Shown piece by piece: positions 45,765 to 54,332 of a stretch of DNA of 54,532 nucleotides (the first letter of the stretch is position 1; the number at the start of each line of letters is the position of its first letter). The notes under the pieces are model-generated. The model saw nothing but the letters and a program-made list of their open reading frames with translations. It was not told the DNA's origin and did not search any database. Both the position numbers and the translations under genes were made by a program. Source of the stretch: a virus (Duplodnaviria > Caudoviricetes). The stretch covers positions 1 to 54,532 of IMG/VR virus record IMGVR_UViG_3300022752_000089. The stretch is one strand, 5' to 3'.

Positions 45765-47852
45765 ATGGAACTAATTGATACAAAATCACTTTTGGCCAAA
45801 CTGATGGCCACAGAAAACATTACCATTGAACATCGTAATGTTCGTACAGCATCCTTTGATGTTAAGAACCGTATTTTGGTTATTCCCACACTAGATAAAA
45901 ACCTATCGGCAGCTTTGTATGACCTTTTTACTGGTCATGAGGTTGGCCATGCTCTCTACACTCCTATGGACGGAATGCTTGAAGCAAAAAAACAAAAAAT
46001 TAACATGAGTGTTACCAATGTGGTTGAAGATTGCCGCATTGAACGCAAAATCAAATACAAATACCCAGGTCTTAAATTACCTTTCCTCAAAGCATACCAA
46101 GAATTGATTGAAAAAGACTTCTTTGGTACTAAAGGCAAAAACATAAACTTGCTAAACTTCCTTGACCGCTTGAACCTTTATACAAAAGGTGGCGTATCCT
46201 TGGGTATCAAATTCAATGAGATTGAACGTGGTTTGGTGAATGATGTTGAAAAAACAGAAACCTATGATGATGTTATTGAAGTTTCCAAACGTATCGTTGA
46301 ATACATGAAACAGGAAATGGAAGAACAAAAAGCCAAAGAAAAACTTCAGCCACAAGAAGATGATGGAGATGATTATGAGGAAGACTTTGACTTTGATTTA
46401 GATTCAGATGCATCAAATCAATCTGGTGATCCTGATGATGATGTTGAAACCGAAGATTCAGACTCAGATGAAGATTTTGATGAATCTGGTGATTTGGCGG
46501 ATGAAGATGATTTCAAAGATTCCAAAACTGAATCAGAAATCCGTTCTTTCACTGATGAAGCATTCCGTGAGAATGAAAGCCGACTGTTTGAGTTTGGTGA
46601 AGATTATTTGTATGCCAATGTTCCTAAAATGGAAGTTGAAAAAGTTGTCTACGATTACAAGCCTTTGTGGAAACGTTACAAAGAAGAAGAATTTTGTTCA
46701 GTAAAAACTGATGTTTACCTAAATCTCCGCCGTGAATCAAACAAGGTTGTTTCTTATCTTGTCAAAGAATTTGAAATGCGTAAGAACGCTGACCAACTAA
46801 AACGTGCCACCACTGCAAAAACTGGTGACTTGGATATGAAGAAACTTTTCTCATATGGTTTCAGTGAAGATATCTTTAAGAAAGTTACAGTTGTTCCTGG
46901 TGGTAAATCACATGGTCTTGTAATGTTCTTAGATTGGTCTGGTTCTATGGTTGACCATATGAGCAACACTATGAAGCAATTACTTAACCTTACTTTGTTC
47001 TGTAAGAAAGTAAACATTCCTTTTGAAGTGTATACATTTGTTGATGATATTGATTATGAATATAATTATCAACCTAAACCTAAAAAAGGTGATTTATTCG
47101 CCAGAAAATTTGGTATATGTAATATTCTTTCAAGTAGAATGTCTGCCGCTGAATTCACTTATGCTGGTTCTGCTCTTGTCTCTATGGCAGGTTGTGGACC
47201 TAATGGTAGAAGAAGTAAACAACCATATTGGATGTCCATGGCTGGAACTCCTTTGAATGAAGCAGTTATTGCCGCTATGGAAATTGTTCCGTACTTTCAA
47301 AAGAAATATAAATTGCAAATTGTAAACACTGTGTTTCTGACTGATGGTGAAGGATCTACTATTTCTGAAGTATATGAAGATGAAATTGGAAATACCAATT
47401 ACAATTCAAGATACAACAAAAAACATATGGTGATTCGTGATCCAATCACCAGACACCAAGAAATGGTCAGAAGTAATTCAAATTCTTTTGGTCAAACAAG
47501 TGCATTGATTCGTTTGTTGAAGAAACGTACAAATTCCAATATTGTTGGATTCTATGTTTTGAAAACTAGAGACATTACTGGTTCTGCTGGCAATATGTTC
47601 TTTCCAGATTATTCTGAAAGATATAAAGTCAAAGAACAATTTACAAAAGATAAATTCTTTGTGGTTCAAAACACTGGATTTGATGAGTACTATTTGCTCC
47701 GGTCAAACGGCCTAGATACTGAGGATGATGTAGCCTTTGAGGTTAAGGAAAATGCCACTAAACGTGGTATCGTTTCCGCATTTACTAAGTATGCAGGTAA
47801 CCGAATTAACAATCGTGTTATTCTAAACCGTTTTATCAACATGATTACATAG
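45765..47852 (+). CDS. CobT-like HExxH metallopeptidase-vWA protein
   Basis: GHEVGHALYT, NVVEDCRIE, acidic linker, MIDAS LDWSGSM, GTPL, FLTDGEG. Confidence 0.88.
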   Translation: MELIDTKSLLAKLMATENITIEHRNVRTASFDVKNRILVIPTLDKNLSAALYDLFTGHEVGHALYTPMDGMLEAKKQKINMSVTNVVEDCRIERKIKYKYPGLKLPFLKAYQELIEKDFFGTKGKNINLLNFLDRLNLYTKGGVSLGIKFNEIERGLVNDVEKTETYDDVIEVSKRIVEYMKQEMEEQKAKEKLQPQEDDGDDYEEDFDFDLDSDASNQSGDPDDDVETEDSDSDEDFDESGDLADEDDFKDSKTESEIRSFTDEAFRENESRLFEFGEDYLYANVPKMEVEKVVYDYKPLWKRYKEEEFCSVKTDVYLNLRRESNKVVSYLVKEFEMRKNADQLKRATTAKTGDLDMKKLFSYGFSEDIFKKVTVVPGGKSHGLVMFLDWSGSMVDHMSNTMKQLLNLTLFCKKVNIPFEVYTFVDDIDYEYNYQPKPKKGDLFARKFGICNILSSRMSAAEFTYAGSALVSMAGCGPNGRRSKQPYWMSMAGTPLNEAVIAAMEIVPYFQKKYKLQIVNTVFLTDGEGSTISEVYEDEIGNTNYNSRYNKKHMVIRDPITRHQEMVRSNSNSFGQTSALIRLLKKRTNSNIVGFYVLKTRDITGSAGNMFFPDYSERYKVKEQFTKDKFFVVQNTGFDEYYLLRSNGLDTEDDVAFEVKENATKRGIVSAFTKYAGNRINNRVILNRFINMIT

Positions 47853-47860
47853 GAGAACAA

Positions 47861-48091
47861 ATGAACATATATTCAGAATTTGTTAATGAAAACAAAAAAG
47901 CTACAGTAACAAAAATGAAATTAGAAGGTCTTGACCCAAGGTTTCAAAAGTGGGAAGTTACTTTATTCATTGAAGGTCGGATGATTCAAAAAATCACCAC
48001 ACATAGTGAAGAAAAAGCCGAACACATTGCTGAAGATTTTGTGCAGAATGAGAATGGTGGTGCTTCATCACTATTGAGTGAGTATGTCTAA
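47861..48091 (+). CDS. hypothetical protein
   Basis: SD AGGAG; KAEHIAEDFV motif. Confidence 0.75.
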   Translation: MNIYSEFVNENKKATVTKMKLEGLDPRFQKWEVTLFIEGRMIQKITTHSEEKAEHIAEDFVQNENGGASSLLSEYV

Positions 48092-48335
48092 GCGTGACAA
48101 AGACTATCAAGCCGCAAAAGATGTGCTTGATGACCTTATTGACCGATGCAAGAATGTACGAGAGTATAAAATCTCTTGCTACTTAGACGAAGCTTGGGTT
48201 CCTGCTGGTTCAATGCCTTTTGATATTATTATTAGAAATGGTATTGTGACCTGTAGGGTTTTGGCGGAGAGTAAATTGGAAGCAGCCTTAATGATTGCTA
48301 ACGAATTACCTGTTATTATGTTTATAGATGATTAA
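48084..48335 (+). CDS. hypothetical protein
   Basis: Overlapping ORF in operon. Confidence 0.65.
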   Translation: MSKRDKDYQAAKDVLDDLIDRCKNVREYKISCYLDEAWVPAGSMPFDIIIRNGIVTCRVLAESKLEAALMIANELPVIMFIDD

Positions 48336-48609
48336 TATGGATAAAAAGACTAAAGAGATTTTTTGTATTACGCAGGAAGAATGTGCTGAGGTTACACAGG
48401 CTATTTCTAAAATTTTTAGATTTGGATTTAACTCAGTACATCCTGTTACCGATAAAAGCAATATGCAAAGCTTAGAAGAAGAAGTTGGTGACCTTCTAGC
48501 GATGATTGATATTATGGTAGAGAAGTGTATTGTTTCTGATTCTAATATCAATGCTGCTAGAATTGCAAAGAAAGAAAAACTGAAGATTTGGTCCAGTATC
48601 TATGAGTGA
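48328..48609 (+). CDS. MazG-like NTP pyrophosphohydrolase
   Basis: QEECAEV...KIFRFG...LEEEVGDLL. Confidence 0.85.
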   Translation: MINMDKKTKEIFCITQEECAEVTQAISKIFRFGFNSVHPVTDKSNMQSLEEEVGDLLAMIDIMVEKCIVSDSNINAARIAKKEKLKIWSSIYE

Positions 48610-48739
48610 TGAAGAAGTTTTAGCAATCTATGAGGACATGAAACGAATTTACGGAGAAAAATTACCGAATCCTGACCATGAACCTATAAGATTCAGATAT
48701 TATTATACATTATATAAACATTATCATGGAGTGAAGTGA
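48602..48739 (+). CDS. 45-aa hypothetical protein (not in ORF track)
   Basis: MSDEEVLAIYEDMKRIYGEKLPNPDHEPIRFRYYYTLYKHYHGVK; overlaps both neighbours. Confidence 0.65.
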   Translation: MSDEEVLAIYEDMKRIYGEKLPNPDHEPIRFRYYYTLYKHYHGVK

Positions 48740-49101
48740 TGGCAGCTATTTCAACCGGTACAGATTTTCCAACAGATGGTAACATCGTTCCAGATTCTAA
48801 TTGGAGGTGGCATCCATCAACATCACCATTAACATACGAACACCCCATACAAGGCAAGATGTTTATGGTAAGTTTCACTGCATCTGATATTCTTATGATT
48901 GATAAAACTGAAGATGTATGGAAACAAGAAATTAAAAAACAATTAGCCATAGATTTAGCAGAGAAAATGTTAGAAGAAGGTGCAATTGAATTTACACAAA
49001 TACAAGACTCTGCTTGGGGACATAAGATAATTAAGGCTCGTTGTTTCCTTATTCCAGATAATCAAGTAAGAATACTGAGGACACTATATAAGGATAAATG
49101 A
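48739..49101 (+). CDS. hypothetical protein
   Basis: SD GGAG, TGATG coupling. Confidence 0.7.
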   Translation: MAAISTGTDFPTDGNIVPDSNWRWHPSTSPLTYEHPIQGKMFMVSFTASDILMIDKTEDVWKQEIKKQLAIDLAEKMLEEGAIEFTQIQDSAWGHKIIKARCFLIPDNQVRILRTLYKDK

Positions 49102-49114
49102 ATAAGAGGTCAAA

Positions 49115-49402
49115 ATGAAAAAACTACTATTACTTTTATTATTCACCACATCGGCATATGCTCAACAAGAGATTCAAATATTTGACCTCACAAGACCATT
49201 GAAATGTGCCGCAGTAGAAGATATTATGCTTTTCATCAATCAGAATTTTGGTGAAACAATGGCATGGGTTGGTAAAGATGAAAACAATTCTTCTTATCTA
49301 TCAATATACAAAAACAAGGAAACTGGAACTTGGTCTTTGATTCAATATGATTCTAAAGTTGGATGTTTCTTAGGTTCAGGCTCACAAGGATCGCCAGTCT
49401 AA
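49115..49402 (+). CDS. exported protein with signal peptide
   Basis: MKKLLLLLLFTTSAYA signal, Cys pair. Confidence 0.8.
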   Translation: MKKLLLLLLFTTSAYAQQEIQIFDLTRPLKCAAVEDIMLFINQNFGETMAWVGKDENNSSYLSIYKNKETGTWSLIQYDSKVGCFLGSGSQGSPV

Positions 49403-49471
49403 ATTGTGACAGGAATATTACGAAGTGTTGATTATTATAGATAATGGAGACACCACAATTAATATTCCAAA

Positions 49472-50251
49472 ATGCAAAAAACATATAGAACTATATTCGT
49501 TAGTGATGTACACCTTGGCACTAAAGACAGTCAAGCTGACAAACTCAATAATTTCTTAAAACATAACAGTTGCGAAACACTGTACCTTGTTGGTGATATT
49601 ATTGATGCGTGGAGAATCAAACAAAACAAATGGCGTTGGAAGCAATCACATACAAATGTGGTACGCAGAGTACTAGGCCATGCCAAACGTGGAACTAAAG
49701 TCATCTACGTTGCCGGCAATCACGATGAATTCCTCAGGCCATTTATTCAATATAACATTGGATTTGGTCTGATAGAAGTAGTCAATCAAACAGAACACGT
49801 TGGTGCAGATGGTAAACATTATCTGGTCACACACGGAGACCTATTTGATGGTATTACAAGACTAGCACCATGGTTATCAATGTTAGGAGACAAAGCATAT
49901 GATTTCATACTTAGCCTCAACAGTAAATATAATTGGATTCGTCATAAGCTGGGTTTTGGTTACTGGAGCCTTAGCCTGTTTCTTAAGCAGCGTGTTAAGA
50001 AAGCTGTAGACTTCATATTTCAGTTTGAAAAGAACTTATCAGATTATTGCAAGAAACGTGGATTTGATGGAGTTATCTGTGGACATATACATCATGCAGA
50101 AATAAAAGAAATAAATGGTGTCACATACATGAACGATGGTGATTGGGTAGAATCATGTACTGCGTTGGTAGAACACCATGATGGTACTTGGGAAATAGTA
50201 ACATGGATTAAGGAGAGTGATAATGACAAAGACGATATTGATAGTAACTGA
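49472..50251 (+). CDS. PlcP/LpxH2-family metallophosphoesterase
   Basis: SDVHLG, GDIID, GNHDE, THGD, CGHIH, NDGDWVES. Confidence 0.88.
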   Translation: MQKTYRTIFVSDVHLGTKDSQADKLNNFLKHNSCETLYLVGDIIDAWRIKQNKWRWKQSHTNVVRRVLGHAKRGTKVIYVAGNHDEFLRPFIQYNIGFGLIEVVNQTEHVGADGKHYLVTHGDLFDGITRLAPWLSMLGDKAYDFILSLNSKYNWIRHKLGFGYWSLSLFLKQRVKKAVDFIFQFEKNLSDYCKKRGFDGVICGHIHHAEIKEINGVTYMNDGDWVESCTALVEHHDGTWEIVTWIKESDNDKDDIDSN

Positions 50252-51218
50252 TAATTTACCAGAGCAAATAAATGGTGTCGTTACAACTTACAAGAATCTG
50301 GAAGCGCAGGCTGTTGCTGACGGTTATAATATTGTGTATCTTGACCCCTCTCGATTTCCCCATATTAACGCTCCTCGTTATCCGGAAGTTAAACTCTCTT
50401 GGGTTCGTAAAATCGGTAGAAAGATTAAAGAGATACAGCCGGACCATATTCATATCGCAACAGAAGGTCCAGTGGGGCTTGCTTGCCGTGTGTGGTGTGA
50501 CCGTAAGAATCTTACTTACAATACCGCTTATCATACTAAGTTTCCCGAAGGGATAAAGAAACTGCTTGGTATTCCAGAATTTATCACATGGTCTTATGTC
50601 CGTTGGTTTCATAAACATTCTGGTAAAGTACTCACTACGACCGAAACAATGGTGAATGACCTGAGATACCATGGCTTTGATGGTACAGTCATTCCATGGA
50701 CTAGAGGTGTTGACCGTGATATTTTCAATCCAAATCATCGTGTAGAAACAACCAGTAAATATTTGGTCTGTGTCAGTCGTGTCAGCAAAGAAAAGAATTT
50801 GGAAGATTTCTTAGAAATGGACTTTCCAGGTTATCTCAAAGTCATGGTCGGTGACGGGCCTATGTTAGAGACATACAGAAAGAAATACCCTGATGTACAC
50901 TTTACTGGTTTCAAAACTGGTATACAGTTGGCTCAGTATTATGCCAATGCAGAAGCATTTGTATTCCCATCCCGTTGGGAAACATTTGGTATTGTTATGA
51001 TTGAAGCCATGGCTTGTGGTACTCCTGTTGCCGCATTTCCGACTGCCGGTCCTATGGACGTAATTGAAGAAGGCAAGACTGGTTTTATGGACAAAGACCT
51101 AAGTACAGCAGTATACCGCTGCTTAGGCCTTGACAGGGACAAGGTACTAGAGTATAGTATAAAGTGGAGCTGGGAACATTGTTGGAAGATATTTAAGGAT
51201 AATCTAGTACCTGTATGA
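50223..51218 (+). CDS. GT4 glycosyltransferase, Agt-like (DAG glycosyltransferase candidate)
   Basis: QINGVVTT, HIATEGPVG, YHTKFPE, WTRGVD, FPSRWETFGIVMIEAMACG. Confidence 0.88.
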   Translation: MTKTILIVTDNLPEQINGVVTTYKNLEAQAVADGYNIVYLDPSRFPHINAPRYPEVKLSWVRKIGRKIKEIQPDHIHIATEGPVGLACRVWCDRKNLTYNTAYHTKFPEGIKKLLGIPEFITWSYVRWFHKHSGKVLTTTETMVNDLRYHGFDGTVIPWTRGVDRDIFNPNHRVETTSKYLVCVSRVSKEKNLEDFLEMDFPGYLKVMVGDGPMLETYRKKYPDVHFTGFKTGIQLAQYYANAEAFVFPSRWETFGIVMIEAMACGTPVAAFPTAGPMDVIEEGKTGFMDKDLSTAVYRCLGLDRDKVLEYSIKWSWEHCWKIFKDNLVPV

Positions 51219-51862
51219 AACCAAAGATAGCATTATTTCTACACCAACCAAAATGTTCAGTACAATCTGGTAATGGTATCATGCAATCTCTTTCCAAGTA
51301 TTATGACTTTAAGATATTCACTAAGCATAAAGTAGAAGATGACTTCTTTGACGATATCCAAATCACTGCGTTCCCCGGTGGTATTGGCGATTCCGAATCC
51401 TACCAATTCCTATTCAAAGAAAACGGAAAGACCATAAAACAATTTGTACGCCGAGGTGGTAAATACCTCGGTATTTGCATGGGCGGCTATTGGGCAACTA
51501 ATCACTACTTTAATCTCCTTGATGGAATTCATGCTGAGCAATACATCAAGCGTCCTAACACAGACACCAGGAGACCTCACGCCAAGAACCAACGAGTCCT
51601 GTGGGCTGGCGAAGAGCAGAGAATGTTCTTCTATGATGGGCCTGCATTTACTGGTCCTGGTCTTGCATCGTCAGAGATAATCTCCTTATATCCCAATGGC
51701 GATCCGATGGCTCTTATACAGGACAATGTAGGGGTTATCGGCTGTCATCCAGAAAGTACACCACACTGGTACAATACATACTCATGGATGAAGCCTCATT
51801 ATCACGGTGGAGAGCATCATAAATTACTATTAGAGTTCACTGACCAACTAATAAGGAAATAA
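51215..51862 (+). CDS. BPL_N-like class I glutamine amidotransferase-fold protein
   Basis: FPGG, GGKYLGICMGGY, GCHPE. Confidence 0.82.
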   Translation: MKPKIALFLHQPKCSVQSGNGIMQSLSKYYDFKIFTKHKVEDDFFDDIQITAFPGGIGDSESYQFLFKENGKTIKQFVRRGGKYLGICMGGYWATNHYFNLLDGIHAEQYIKRPNTDTRRPHAKNQRVLWAGEEQRMFFYDGPAFTGPGLASSEIISLYPNGDPMALIQDNVGVIGCHPESTPHWYNTYSWMKPHYHGGEHHKLLLEFTDQLIRK

Positions 51863-51863
51863 A

Positions 51864-51995
51864 ATGTCTTGGTTCAAACATAGTCCACCAAAATATCCAC
51901 CGAACCACACACCAGTACCACCGCCACAGAGAACCAGTCCGGCCACAGAGAAAAGTCTAAAGGCAGCAAAGAAAAAAGGACCTAAGAAAAAATGA
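51864..51995 (+). CDS. 43-aa Pro/Lys-rich micro-protein (not in ORF track)
   Basis: MSWFKHSPPKYPPNHTPVPPPQRTSPATEKSLKAAKKKGPKKK; SD AAGGA; ATGA overlap. Confidence 0.6.
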   Translation: MSWFKHSPPKYPPNHTPVPPPQRTSPATEKSLKAAKKKGPKKK

Positions 51996-52198
51996 GAGTT
52001 ACCTATCCTTTTCTTGCGGCACTCCGAAAAAACGAGATGGACCATCATTACCTAAAGTGGTCACAGAACAGAATGAATTATGTTGACCATCTGCACAGAA
52101 AAGGTGACCATTTCAAATCGGATATGATTGCTCTGTACAACAAACGTGGTGACCTAAAACGGTATCAGGACAGGACAACTATTGACATTTTTCTTTGA
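51992..52198 (+). CDS. hypothetical protein
   Basis: ATGA-coupled ORF. Confidence 0.6.
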   Translation: MRVTYPFLAALRKNEMDHHYLKWSQNRMNYVDHLHRKGDHFKSDMIALYNKRGDLKRYQDRTTIDIFL

Positions 52199-52210
52199 AT
52201 GTAATATAAT
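52182..52210 (+). promoter_or_regulatory. sigma70 promoter
   Basis: TTGACA-17 nt-TATAAT, followed by SD AGGAG. Confidence 0.8.
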
Positions 52211-52232
52211 TTCGTTATAGGAGAGAATTATA

Positions 52233-52442
52233 ATGTCTGAAGAAACACAATACAAATACGAAGGCCAGTATTCGTCTGGAGGAACATTCTCAATAGCCAA
52301 CAACTGGCCAAAACCAGTGGGTTATTGGGTATTATATCCAGGAGCTTTTCGTACATCATTTGCCATGTATAAGAAACCTCATAGAATACAGATTTGGTTT
52401 ACAGAGAAACTGTTAGGATGGAAGTGGGAGGATGCAAAATGA
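52233..52442 (+). CDS. hypothetical protein
   Basis: Promoter and SD upstream; LLGWKW C-terminal motif. Confidence 0.75.
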   Translation: MSEETQYKYEGQYSSGGTFSIANNWPKPVGYWVLYPGAFRTSFAMYKKPHRIQIWFTEKLLGWKWEDAK

Positions 52443-52663
52443 AATATTACAGAATATCTTTTGAAGGTGAATGTGGCCAGCATGTAGAAGAAACGTGGTC
52501 AGAGAAACAAATCCTTGGATCATCATGGTATCGCAATTGGGTATTGATGATGGTACAGGCGGACAAAGCCTTTTTGATGGCTGATGAAACAGCCATTGAT
52601 GACTGGTGTGTTGTACATTGGGCTGTAGAGGTAGAGAAACCCGATTGGATTGATGAAAAGTGA
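52439..52663 (+). CDS. hypothetical protein
   Basis: ATGA-coupled; IDDWCVVHWA motif. Confidence 0.75.
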   Translation: MKYYRISFEGECGQHVEETWSEKQILGSSWYRNWVLMMVQADKAFLMADETAIDDWCVVHWAVEVEKPDWIDEK

Positions 52664-52749
52664 ATTTTTCTCTTGGAGCCACCTGAAAAAAATTTTGAAT
52701 CCTTGGGAACCGGCCGAGAAAATAAAAAATAGGAAAAAAGAGTTTGACC

Positions 52750-52803
52750 TGGTGGGGCTTTTTATATAAACACATACCACCACCCCACCAACCCCACCAC
52801 CAA
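52750..52803. repeat. CCACC / GGTGG repeat with an inverted copy
   Basis: TGGTGGGG at 52750 is complementary to CCCCACCA at 52783 and 52792, within ACCACCACCCCACCAACCCCACCACCAA. Confidence 0.7.
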
Positions 52804-52821
52804 CTGCTCTCCCACTGAGCC

Positions 52822-52855
52822 AAAAAAAAAGACCGAGAGCACAGCTCAATCGGTC
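52822..52855 (-). terminator. intrinsic terminator of the minus-strand early transcript
   Basis: GACCGA-TT-GAGC-TGT-GCTC-TCGGTC hairpin followed by T9 on the minus strand. Confidence 0.8.
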
Positions 52856-52897
52856 CGAAAGCAGCACGGTTTTCAGTGCCATACCTGTCCTGTCAAA

Positions 52898-53548
52898 TTA
52901 TGCGGCAACCGCCTGTAATTTAATAACCTTGGCCATTTTGCGGCCGTGAGCAATATATGCCACAACCGGCACATCCTTAGAATAACAAGCACGGCAGCCA
53001 GAGCACTTGCCGCCATTATCGGGTGCCGTACAAGCAACCACACCAGCAGGCAGAGGCATACCAGCAGGCACAATGGTACTGCCATGCACACCAGCAGTAT
53101 AGGTGCCATCCACGGCATCGCTACTACGGCGGACCATGACATTCGGCAGAGCCTCCATTTGAGCCAGTATGGACTCAAATTTAGCAAATTTATACATACG
53201 GGTCGGTAACCAGTGCTTGGTGTTAGGTGTAGCCACCATGACAGCGTACATTTTAACAGCAAGGGAAAGCGAGTACATATCGCCGCTGTCAAACCAACGG
53301 AAGAAGCGTTGCTTGGAGAGAGCGCTTACCATGGTGTCAACCCAGCCAGCTTCCTGCCATGCAGCTTTATTGTCAGCGCGGACTGCTTTTGTGCCTTTGA
53401 AGGAGTAGCAGCCGGTGGTAGCGTAGCAACCAGAGCAAGCATCCACAAGCACGCCGGAGGCAGAGAGCGATCCGGGGCAAGTCTCCAACGCTTGCAGAGA
53501 CCAGCTCAGAATATTATCGAGCTTGCTGGTTTTTGATAATTTATTCAT
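52898..53548 (-). CDS. Gp88-family Cys-rich (Fe-S/radical SAM-like) protein
   Basis: TCPGS...ACSGCYA, FRWFDSGD, HWLPTR, C-terminal C...CSGCRAC. Confidence 0.82.
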   Translation of the reverse strand: MNKLSKTSKLDNILSWSLQALETCPGSLSASGVLVDACSGCYATTGCYSFKGTKAVRADNKAAWQEAGWVDTMVSALSKQRFFRWFDSGDMYSLSLAVKMYAVMVATPNTKHWLPTRMYKFAKFESILAQMEALPNVMVRRSSDAVDGTYTAGVHGSTIVPAGMPLPAGVVACTAPDNGGKCSGCRACYSKDVPVVAYIAHGRKMAKVIKLQAVAA

Positions 53549-53623
53549 TTTGCTTTCCTTTTTTGATTTGATGGAAGGAGTATATCATTCCTGGTTAAAA
53601 TGGCAACTGTAAACTTTTTTCTT
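53549..53623 (-). promoter_or_regulatory. early promoter cassette, copy 1
   Basis: AAGAAAAAAGTTTACAG-TTGCCA-16 nt-TATACT, leader TCCATCAAATC, SD AAGGA. Confidence 0.8.
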
Positions 53624-53754
53624 CAAGCAAGCAACTGGAGTATTCTCTGAGCCGCTACGTGTACACCATGCACGGTTTCGCTTGCCAAAGCCAGCACAAT
53701 TGTATTATAATATGCGCCCACTAAAGCTCCAACCACAAAAAAGACTACTTTCAT
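53623..53754 (-). CDS. 43-aa membrane micro-protein
   Basis: MKVVFFVVGALVGAYY..., SD AGGA; the longer track start would run through the structured RNA. Confidence 0.55.
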   Translation of the reverse strand: MKVVFFVVGALVGAYYNTIVLALASETVHGVHVAAQRILQLLA

Positions 53755-53790
53755 TCTAATTCCTAAAATGTTAACTTCTGTTTTCAATTT

Positions 53791-53898
53791 GCCAGTGATT
53801 TTCCAACTGGCGGCCTCGGGGATCCGATCCCTCTGCCTTACATCCGGACGCCGGTGTTCCTCACCGGCTGGAGCTGTGTTCCTCACAGCATTCGGATG
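53791..53898 (-). ncRNA. structured RNA with four GGA-loop hairpins
   Basis: GCTGTG-AGGAA-CACAGC, GCCGGTG-AGGAA-CACCGGC (both closed by CATCCG/CGGATG), GGGA-TCGGA-TCCC, GCCAGT-TGGAAAATC-ACTGGC. Confidence 0.65.
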
Positions 53899-53900
53899 GT

Positions 53901-54242
53901 TTAAATTGTGGAAACGCCTGCCTTGATTTTAGCAGCAAGGTCATTCGCTTCAGCACCAAAGGTCACGCCCTTGGAAGGACGCTTGTTTGCTTTCACTGCT
54001 TTGGAACCCACAGGACCCACGCTTTTAGCGAGCAGCTTCTCCAAGCGAGCTTGTGCCTTAGCAATTGCGGCTTCACGCTTTGCAGTGGCAGCGGCACGCT
54101 TCGCTTCGGCAGCGGCAATTTTATTTGCCTGTGCCTGCTCACGGTCAACGATAAGCGAAGCACGGAGAGCAGCAATAGCAGCACGCTTTTGGTTTGTGGT
54201 CAAGCCGTTAACTGAAGCGCAGGGGAAGGTGTAATTTGACAT
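53901..54242 (-). CDS. Ala/Lys-rich early protein
   Basis: ATG 54242 follows the promoter cassette and SD AAGGA; long basic helix. Confidence 0.75.
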   Translation of the reverse strand: MSNYTFPCASVNGLTTNQKRAAIAALRASLIVDREQAQANKIAAAEAKRAAATAKREAAIAKAQARLEKLLAKSVGPVGSKAVKANKRPSKGVTFGAEANDLAAKIKAGVSTI

Positions 54243-54316
54243 TTTGTTTCCTTTTCGATTTGATGGACAAAGTATACTGGATTTTGGTGGTTTTGGCAAC
54301 TGTAAACTTTTTTCTT
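54243..54316 (-). promoter_or_regulatory. early promoter cassette, copy 2
   Basis: Same 23-nt AAGAAAAAAGTTTACAGTTGCCA, 17 nt, TATACT, same TCCATCAAATC leader. Confidence 0.8.
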
Positions 54317-54332
54317 CCAGTTGCCTGTGTGG

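Noticed and set aside
3489-52048. Many short opposite-strand or off-frame ORFs in the track (e.g. 7185-7727, 9932-10357, 33809-34321, 50256-50738)
   Set aside because: They shadow well-supported genes and have no motifs or SD
52413-52882. Minus-strand ORFs across the junction (WWWGWWGGG etc.)
   Set aside because: Translations of the CCACC repeat and A-tracts; they start inside or downstream of the minus-strand terminator region
53755-53886. N-terminal extension of the 87-aa ORF
   Set aside because: It runs through the GC-rich hairpins; a better SD and ATG exist at 53754
53549-54316. CRISPR array
   Set aside because: Only two 23-nt repeats ~690 nt apart, explained as promoter cassettes; no cas genes
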